From: an uncultured Methanosarcinales archaeon
Lineage (GTDB): Archaea; Nanobdellota; Nanobdellia; Woesearchaeales; CAZKBD01
Direction: 5' to 3'
NCBI GenBank assembly: GCA_964550945.1
Contig: CAZKBD010000001.1
Span: 289-64,288 of the forward strand
DNA: 64,000 nucleotides
Shown here: one piece after another, positions 57,596 through 64,000 of the stretch
How positions within the stretch are numbered: the first letter of the stretch is position 1
Layout of the letters: each line of letters opens with the position of its first letter
Notes under the pieces: generated by a model
The model's database searches: none
What the model was told of the DNA's origin: nothing
Seen by the model: only the letters and a program-made list of their open reading frames with translations
Translations under genes and position numbers: made by a program

Positions 57596-58950
57596 TATAC
57601 CTTGGGCAGATCTTTCAGTGCCTCTAAGATTTTATCTTTTGGATAGTCAAAGTCTTTTAGCTTTCCAGCAAAATATGCTTCATAAGCAGCCATATCAAAG
57701 TGGCCATGGCCAGAGCAGTTAAACGCAATTGTCTTTTTTTCTCCGGTTTTTTTGCACTTCAGCGCTTCATCAATTGTGGCTTTAACAGCATGGGATGTTT
57801 CTGGAGCTATAATAATCCCCTCTGTTCTTGCAAAGGTTACTGCTGCTTCAAAACAACCAAGCTGAGGTAATGCAACTGCATCAATATAATTTTGATTGAC
57901 TAAAGCGCTGATTATAGGAGACATTCCATGATACCTAAGGCCACCAGCATGTATCCCGGGGGGCATAAACCCATGGCCAAGAGTATACATCTTTGCAATA
58001 GGAGCCATTTTTGCTGTGTCACCATAATCATAGGCAAAAGGGCCTTTTGTTAGTGTTGGGCAAGATGCTGGTTCAACAGCAATAAACTTAGTTTTGGTTT
58101 TTCCTTTTATTTTATCTTTTACAAAAGGTAGTATAAAACCGCCAAAATTAGAACCACCACCAACACAACCAATCATAATGTCTGGCTCCACTTCTGCTAT
58201 TTTTAATTGCTCTTTTGTTTCTAATCCAACAATCGTTTGGTGCAATAACACATGATTGAGAACAGAGCCTAATGAATATTTTGTGTTTTCATGCTTTACA
58301 GCATCTTCAACAGCTTCGCTGATAGCCATTCCTAAGCTGCCTGGGCAGTCTGGGTCTTTTTTAAGCATGGCTTTTCCTGATTCTGTGTCTTTGCTTGGAG
58401 AAGCAACACATTCTGCTCCCCATGTTTCCATCATTAGCTTTCTATATGGCTTTTGATCAAAGCTGCACCTTACCATATACACTTTGCATTTTAAATCAAA
58501 CAGATTACATGCAAATGCAAGTGATGAGCCCCACTGTCCTGCTCCAGTCTCAGTGCTTAATCTTTCTACACCTTCTTTCATATTATAGTATGCTTGAGCA
58601 ACTGAGGTATTTGGCTTATGAGATCCTGGAGGGGATACACCTTCCCATTTATAGAAAATCTTTGCTGGCGTCTTAAGAAATCTTTCAAGCCTATGAGCGC
58701 GATATAAAGGAGAAGGCCTCCACATCCTATAAATATCAATAAGTTCTTCTGGAATCTGTATATAATTTTCTTGAGAAACTTCTTGTTTGATAAGCCCCAT
58801 TGGAAATATTGGAGCTAAATCCTGCGGGCCTAATGGTTTTTTTGTAGCTGGATGCAATGGCGGATCTAACGGCTTTGGCAGATCTGGCAAGATATTATAC
58901 CATCTTCTTGGTATTTCATTTTCATCTAGAGTTATTTTTGTTTGTTGCAT
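57595..58950 (-). CDS. trpB: Tryptophan synthase beta-subunit-like PLP enzyme (TrpB2 type)
   Basis: [11 protein letters not shown] Gly-rich loop. PLP-fold order. 451-aa long form. Confidence 0.8.
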   Translation of the reverse strand: MQQTKITLDENEIPRRWYNILPDLPKPLDPPLHPATKKPLGPQDLAPIFPMGLIKQEVSQENYIQIPEELIDIYRMWRPSPLYRAHRLERFLKTPAKIFYKWEGVSPPGSHKPNTSVAQAYYNMKEGVERLSTETGAGQWGSSLAFACNLFDLKCKVYMVRCSFDQKPYRKLMMETWGAECVASPSKDTESGKAMLKKDPDCPGSLGMAISEAVEDAVKHENTKYSLGSVLNHVLLHQTIVGLETKEQLKIAEVEPDIMIGCVGGGSNFGGFILPFVKDKIKGKTKTKFIAVEPASCPTLTKGPFAYDYGDTAKMAPIAKMYTLGHGFMPPGIHAGGLRYHGMSPIISALVNQNYIDAVALPQLGCFEAAVTFARTEGIIIAPETSHAVKATIDEALKCKKTGEKKTIAFNCSGHGHFDMAAYEAYFAGKLKDFDYPKDKILEALKDLPKV

Positions 58951-59161
58951 GATTATACCCCCTGATAAGTTTTTACTTTAAAAAATTGAAATTGTTTTAT
59001 AAATCTTTATAAAAAATGGATAGTAGAAAATATATTTTAAAATATAACTATTAAAAGATATTTCATCTGGTTTTATTTGTATATGGTTATAATCATTGTA
59101 ACATTAATAAAACTGGGATAATTGAAAGATTTATATAAATGAACATTTTCCTATCTAAACA

Positions 59162-59533
59162 ATGAAAGAAAGATCAGTTTTTTTGGAAAGAGAAGGATTT
59201 ACACCTAAAAACAAAGTCCTTGATTTTTTGATTAGTGCCCAGGATTTTGATTATTCAATAAAAGATATTGCTAAATTTTCCAATATTAGCTACCCTTACA
59301 TGAAGCAGTTAAAAAAAGAGCTAGTAAAAGGCAAATGGATTATATTGACAAGAAAGGTTGGCAAAGCGCAGATGTATAAGATTACTCTAAGCAATAAAAA
59401 AGTAGAGAAGTTTATTGATTTTTTCTGGACAGTTGTAAATGAAGAAGTTGACAAGCATCTTGGCATTGAGGAAACTCGTGACTATTCGGCTGCTGGAACT
59501 ATCTCAATGCCTATTTCTGCCAGGCATGGATAA
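59162..59533 (+). CDS. Small winged-HTH transcriptional regulator (paralog of 48797..49111)
   Basis: PKNKVLDFLISAQDFDYSIKDIAKFSNISYPYMKQLKKELVKGKWII. Confidence 0.55.
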   Translation: MKERSVFLEREGFTPKNKVLDFLISAQDFDYSIKDIAKFSNISYPYMKQLKKELVKGKWIILTRKVGKAQMYKITLSNKKVEKFIDFFWTVVNEEVDKHLGIEETRDYSAAGTISMPISARHG

Positions 59534-59646
59534 GGTGTTATTGAAGGGATTATAATGGATTGTTTTTATGAGCTATTAAGTGAATGTCACTTAGGCTATG
59601 CTTCAAATAAGAAAAGATTATATTACATATCAAATTCTTGATACAT

Positions 59647-60000
59647 ATGTACAGATATTATTTTACTTTTGATGGGATAGATTGTAATAAACTAGAGAAA
59701 TTAATAGATTATGTAGAAACCAAATTCAAGATTAAATATTTAGAAACTAGAAATTTCAAACCTTTGCTTTCTATTACTACTTGGGTTACTCTTAACAAGG
59801 GATTTAAACAAATAGTTTTCAATGGTACAATTAAGAATAACTTTTTTTGTAGAGATTGTAATTTTCCGATTGATGTTACTTGGGAAAAAACACATCATAA
59901 AAAAACAATAATCCATTGTGTTAATTGCAATTTGGAAGTAATTGAAAAAAGTGGTAAAAAATATAGGCCTATTAAAGATAAAATTATCTATTCAAAATAA
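59647..60000 (+). CDS. Small Zn-finger-like protein
   Basis: CRDCN...HCVNCN paired-Cys motifs. ATG at 59647; the ORF track starts at a TTG at 59638. Confidence 0.35.
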   Translation: MYRYYFTFDGIDCNKLEKLIDYVETKFKIKYLETRNFKPLLSITTWVTLNKGFKQIVFNGTIKNNFFCRDCNFPIDVTWEKTHHKKTIIHCVNCNLEVIEKSGKKYRPIKDKIIYSK

Positions 60001-60270
60001 CTAGCAATTATGATTAGTTATATGCTTAGGACAAAAATGTTTACCACATTTTTTGCATTTATGAGCACAATCTTCACATAGATTATTATGTGTTACAATA
60101 GCTAAATCTTTATTCGCAAAGTTAAAAGCAAGGTGGGTTCCACATTGTCCATTCCATAAAGAGATATGTTGACACGATGCCTTCATTTTTCCTTGCTTTC
60201 CACAGTGAGTACATACTTTAGTTTGTTCCTTTAATTCTTCGTACTTTCTTTTTTCTTCCCAATACCCCAT
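60001..60270 (-). CDS. Cys/His-rich zinc-ribbon protein
   Basis: CTHCGKQGK...CQH...CEDCAHKCKKCGKHFCPKH. Confidence 0.4.
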   Translation of the reverse strand: MGYWEEKRKYEELKEQTKVCTHCGKQGKMKASCQHISLWNGQCGTHLAFNFANKDLAIVTHNNLCEDCAHKCKKCGKHFCPKHITNHNC

Positions 60271-60325
60271 AATGATTTATTATCGAGAATAAGTATTTAA
60301 ACTTTGCTCAAAAAAATAAAAAAAA

Positions 60326-61999
60326 TTAATTGGCTGTGCTTGTTGCTAAACACATATCATCATATGGATCATTCTTGACATATTTATCAATGTAACAATC
60401 ATTAGGCTGCATTTTCTTGCCTTTTCCGCCAACAGCTTCATTACCTTTCCAATCAGCGCTCACACATAATTTTCTGTTTGGGTTTTTCTGACTAGTAAGT
60501 GGATTAAACTTGTCACAGAACTGAGCAGCAGAACAACCGTTAGTATCCACTTCTACTCCTAACGGTGTGTTGGGACATAAATCAATAGTATCTGGTATAC
60601 CATCATTATCGTCATCGGAATCACGCTCTGGATCGTATATAGAGCTTATCGCTTCACATGAATAAATCTCAGTTATTTCTCCAGCTACGCAAGTATCATT
60701 ACCATCATCTGGATAATCTATCCAGTTTTCTCCTTCACATTGGTCAGTTGGACAATCTCTGAATGGTATTGTTATTTGTGTGCAAGAGCAGCCATTTATG
60801 TTAACAGCTTCATCCAATGGTGTGCTAGGGCACAAGTCCCTACTATCTGGAACTCCATCACCATCAAGGTCATATCCTAATTTAACTAGCCAAATATCAT
60901 ATCCCCCGGCTCCAAACGATTCAGTATATCCAGTTACAATATACCCTCCTTCAGTTGTTTGCTGTATTGAGGTAGCGTAGTCATAGTTTACACCACCAAC
61001 GGTCTTATTCCATTCTTCATTTCCACTTGAATCCGTATTTATAACCCACATATCATAAGCTCCTTCTCCAGACGAACCAGTGGGACCAGCCACAATATAA
61101 CCCCCGTCATTAGTTTGTTGGACTGAATAAGCATTGTCGTCACCAATATCACCATAAGTTTTATTCCATTGCTCATTACCACCTGAATCTGTTTTTATAA
61201 TCCAGAAGTCATAACTGGTTAGAAAAGAATGTGACCACCCAGCAACAATAAATCCGCCATCACTCGTTTGCTGAACTGAATGTGCCGTTTGTTCACTGCC
61301 AGTGCCAAATACATTATTCCATTGCTCATTACCACCTGAATCTGTTTTTACTAACCAAAAATCTGTATTAAACCCCCAAGAAAATGTTTTTGTATACCCT
61401 GCTATTATGTACCCACCATCAGAGGTTTGGTCTAAAGAATGAGCCTCTTCCCATTCTACACCACCATAGGTTTTATTCCATTGCTCATTCCCAGTTGAAT
61501 CTGTTTTAATAAGCCAGAAATCACCAGAACCAAATCCTACTCTTTTATATCCTGCTCCGATATATCCACCATCAGAAGTTTGTTGAATCTCGTTAACAAT
61601 GTACTCAGATTGTTCAGGAAGCCCCCCATATGATTTATCCCATTCTATATTACCACTAGAGTCTGTTTTTATCAATCTAAAGTAAGCTATCCAATCACGT
61701 TTATAGTATCCAGCCACAATATAACCACAGTCATTAGTTTGTTGGACTGAGTAACCATGCATAGCACCAAAATTTTTATCCCATTCTATATTACCACTAG
61801 AGTCTGTTTTGATTAACCAGAAATTTTCAGCATTTTTAGTTCCAACTACAATATATCCTCCATCTGAAGTTTGTTGTACTTCCCGTCCATAATCATTTAA
61901 CCCTTCACCAAATGTATTAGCCCATTCTACCATTGGAACAGCCGAAACTAAACTCATACCCAAAACTAACCCAACCAATACTAGAATTATCTTTTTCAT
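60326..61999 (-). CDS. Secreted beta-propeller-repeat protein with C-terminal thrombospondin type-3-like Ca-binding repeats
   Basis: Signal peptide MKKIILVLVGLVLGMSLVSA (ATG at 61999 preceded by a GGTGGAGG RBS). About eight repeats of QQTSDGGYI(V/I)AG...FWLIKTDSSGN(E/I)(E/Q)W(N/D)K. Two DxDxDGxxDxxDxCPNTP motifs. Confidence 0.65.
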   Translation of the reverse strand: MKKIILVLVGLVLGMSLVSAVPMVEWANTFGEGLNDYGREVQQTSDGGYIVVGTKNAENFWLIKTDSSGNIEWDKNFGAMHGYSVQQTNDCGYIVAGYYKRDWIAYFRLIKTDSSGNIEWDKSYGGLPEQSEYIVNEIQQTSDGGYIGAGYKRVGFGSGDFWLIKTDSTGNEQWNKTYGGVEWEEAHSLDQTSDGGYIIAGYTKTFSWGFNTDFWLVKTDSGGNEQWNNVFGTGSEQTAHSVQQTSDGGFIVAGWSHSFLTSYDFWIIKTDSGGNEQWNKTYGDIGDDNAYSVQQTNDGGYIVAGPTGSSGEGAYDMWVINTDSSGNEEWNKTVGGVNYDYATSIQQTTEGGYIVTGYTESFGAGGYDIWLVKLGYDLDGDGVPDSRDLCPSTPLDEAVNINGCSCTQITIPFRDCPTDQCEGENWIDYPDDGNDTCVAGEITEIYSCEAISSIYDPERDSDDDNDGIPDTIDLCPNTPLGVEVDTNGCSAAQFCDKFNPLTSQKNPNRKLCVSADWKGNEAVGGKGKKMQPNDCYIDKYVKNDPYDDMCLATSTAN

Positions 62000-62071
62000 C
62001 TTAACCTCCACCCAATAATTGACTAATTATAGACGTAACTATTTAAAACTTTCTCAAAAACTGCCTTAAGA

Positions 62072-62200
62072 ATGCTGGTTGATTCTCAATTTCTTATTAA
62101 CCGCCTTCTCCAAAATCGCTTGCCTTTTTTCATGGATTCCAAAGCCAATCTCATCACAAGTATAGTTGGCCAAAATATTACTCAGTCCAAACATTTATTT
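62072..62200 (-). pseudogene. Truncated 3' fragment of a second LAGLIDADG endonuclease gene copy
   Basis: Encodes ...CDEIGFGIHEKRQAILEKAVNKKLRINQHS*, which matches the C-terminus YDEIGFGIHEKRQVILEKAINKKLRVNQYC of 62822..63823. About 88% nt identity over ~70 nt (62083-62150 versus 62838-62905). Confidence 0.6.
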
Positions 62201-62419
62201 GAATTTATTAAAGAAATCTTCTCTAGACATGTTTATTTCTTCCAAAATGACCTTCAACAAACCTCTGCTTATATCTTTTCCTGTATGAAAAGGAACTACC
62301 GTAGTTCTTCCATCTGGGTGCCTATAGAACATATGACTTCCTTTCTGGCGGATTAGTAGAAAACCTTCTTTCTCTAATAATTTGCACAACTCCTTTGCGG
62401 AGAGAAGCGGCAATTTCAA
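62195..62419 (-). CDS. hicA: HicA-family mRNA interferase toxin
   Basis: SAKELCKLLEKEGFLLIRQKGSHMFYRHPDG. TTG start. Confidence 0.7.
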   Translation of the reverse strand: MKLPLLSAKELCKLLEKEGFLLIRQKGSHMFYRHPDGRTTVVPFHTGKDISRGLLKVILEEINMSREDFFNKFK

Positions 62420-62421
62420 GT

Positions 62422-62640
62422 TTACATCACTTCAACTTCTTGTATCCCAACAAACTTGTTAATATCTCTTGAATCATCATCATTTTTGACTTCAAGGCAA
62501 AGTTCAATCGCCTCTCTAATATTTTTCATTAATTCATCTAATGTATCGCCCTGACTGACACAACCTCTTAATTCTGGAACTTTACCTACAAAAACACCAT
62601 CTTCATCTTGTTCAATTAATACATGATATATCCTTTTCAT
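62422..62640 (-). CDS. hicB: HicB-family antitoxin
   Basis: MKRIYHVLIEQDEDGVFVGKVPELRGCVSQGDTLDEL. Sits 2 nt upstream of hicA. Confidence 0.65.
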   Translation of the reverse strand: MKRIYHVLIEQDEDGVFVGKVPELRGCVSQGDTLDELMKNIREAIELCLEVKNDDDSRDINKFVGIQEVEVM

Positions 62641-62821
62641 ACTTGGGTGTATATCTAGTCTTGTTTATATATATTACGGTTGGTCGGCCCTCCGTCATAC
62701 TTCTCCCCCACTTCGTAGTGGTCGGTTCGGCTAAAAGCGTGCATATGTTAATCATTCTTTTTATTTTCTAACCTTTTCTTCTCTTTCTGCAAATCTAAAT
62801 AATTTTCATCAGAAACTACTT

Positions 62822-63823
62822 TTAGCAATATTGATTTACCCTCAATTTCTTATTAATCGCCTTTTCCAGAATCACTTGTCTTTTTTCATGAATTCCAAAG
62901 CCAATCTCATCATAATATTTCATTAATTGCTTTGCACTAATGTATATGCTCCACATATCATGCCTTTCATTTCTTAAAGAAGGTTTGCATTCAAATCCTA
63001 AAAGAGTAAATAACTGATGCAAATATTTAATTTCCTTTTCGTTCCTCATTTCTATTCGCACATACCTGCTTTTGTTGAAGTAGGCTGTGCCTTCTCCAAT
63101 CATCATACCTCTGGTGTAAGCTGCTGCTAGTTTCTTGTCTTTCTTGCACAATTCTTTGATTTTATCTTCTATTGCTAAAATCAAATCAATGATAACTGCA
63201 CTGTCAACACAAAGTCTATATTTTACGACCTGATTATACGAGTCTTCTTTAAATCTTATTTGATCATTATTTATTAATCTTCCAACATTTTCAAAATTAA
63301 TATCATTTCCGCTGGGATTGATTACATTCACATAAGATTCAATCTTAGGAAGATAAGTGCTGATCCATCTGATCATATGATTAATTACAGTGATTTCAGA
63401 ATTAGTAAATCTGAATTTTCTGGGTCTTGTATCACCGCTAAAACCAGTATCTCCTTCTGCAAGATAAAGTGCATATCCTTCAACAAAAAATTCATCAATC
63501 TCTAATAATTTAGGGATTTGAATACAATCTTTGTGAGAACCCCAATGATAAAACCCAATAATATGGGTGTATAACTCTTCTTTTGAAATACCTAAGTGGC
63601 CTGTTATCATCAGTAGCCTACAAAACGGATGATAAGCGTTCCTTTTGAATTCCCACCTAAGAGTCCCTATATTTGTTTTTAAAGCTCCACTGAATATGTT
63701 TAATGTGCCATATTTTTTAATAATCGTTTCATTAATCTTGTTAAAAAATTCATCTGTAATTTTAACATGCACTCTCTTAAAATCTTTCAAATAATCATAA
63801 GTTACAATTTGATTCATCTTCAT
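62822..63823 (-). mobile_element. Free-standing double-motif LAGLIDADG homing endonuclease
   Basis: Two LAGLIDADG-type motifs, YALYLAEGDTGFSGD and TRGMMIGEGTAYF, about 110 aa apart in a 333-aa protein. Confidence 0.7.
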
Positions 63824-64000
63824 CGCCTCATTTTAATCTTTTTTTTTATTTCCTCAAAAAAGAGATTATTGAGGCACAAAAAAGAAAGCGTTGAGCGAAA
63901 CTGCATAATAGATTTTTGTGTCAACGACCGAAAATTTTAATTTAACAATTTTGCGTGCTCTCTTTATCAAGAACCACCAGTCAATAGACATGGTGGTATG

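Noticed and set aside
62641-63900. Homing endonuclease residing in an rRNA or tRNA intron
   Set aside because: No rRNA-like or tRNA-like sequence flanks the ORF, and the upstream region 63824-64000 is AT-rich promoter-like DNA. The gene is treated as free-standing. The GC-rich island at 62660-62760 is flagged separately.
1-64000. CRISPR arrays, rRNA genes, tRNA genes
   Set aside because: No short direct repeats with regular spacing were seen. No long GC-rich conserved rRNA-like stretches occur. The few GC-rich intergenic islands (47928-48030, 62660-62760) could not be folded by eye into a tRNA cloverleaf with a T-loop.

Overview
The window is AT-rich (roughly one-third GC by eye), densely coded and mosaic. 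Archaeal-type markers are ribosomal protein S15P/S13e, a TrmB regulator, DUF116, a geranylgeranyl reductase and TrpB. Bacterial-type functions sit alongside them: a complete MEP/DOXP isoprenoid operon, Lgt with lipobox lipoproteins, and a glucosaminidase peptidoglycan-hydrolase domain. Together this fits a small-genome, possibly DPANN-like archaeon. That lineage call is inference from gene content, not from any search.

Layout:
- 0-7 kb: partial giant Pro/Ser-rich protein; an ECF-S-like membrane protein plus DUF4430 lipoprotein pair; two paralogous anchored surface proteins; TrmB.
- 7-10 kb: MetRS and a membrane protein.
- 10-21 kb: two paralogous Cys-rich single-pass membrane proteins, one fused into an ABC-2 operon, bracket three Cys-cluster lipopeptides, a B12-binding radical SAM enzyme, Lgt and a 954-aa surface protein with a palindrome-dense leader.
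- 21-27 kb and 35-44 kb: two copies of a translationally coupled two-gene surface module (TM-anchored ~650-700 aa protein followed by a giant Cys-containing protein). The second giant ends in a glucosaminidase (peptidoglycan hydrolase) domain.
- 27-35 kb: a tightly coupled array of MNT/HEPN, PD-(D/E)xK (DUF1016) and PIN-like genes separated by near-identical ~140-nt micro-ORFs. These duplicate the N-terminal anchor of the adjacent 941-aa surface protein gene.
- 44-59 kb: RelE/ParE pair; dxs-ispG, then dxr-PilZ-ispDF-ispE-ispH-GGPP synthase; geranylgeranyl reductase; DUF116; S15P; YggS; TrpB.
- 59-64 kb: wHTH regulator, Zn-finger proteins, a beta-propeller/TSP3 secreted protein, HicAB, and a LAGLIDADG homing endonuclease with a truncated duplicate.

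No rRNA, tRNA or CRISPR array could be supported.
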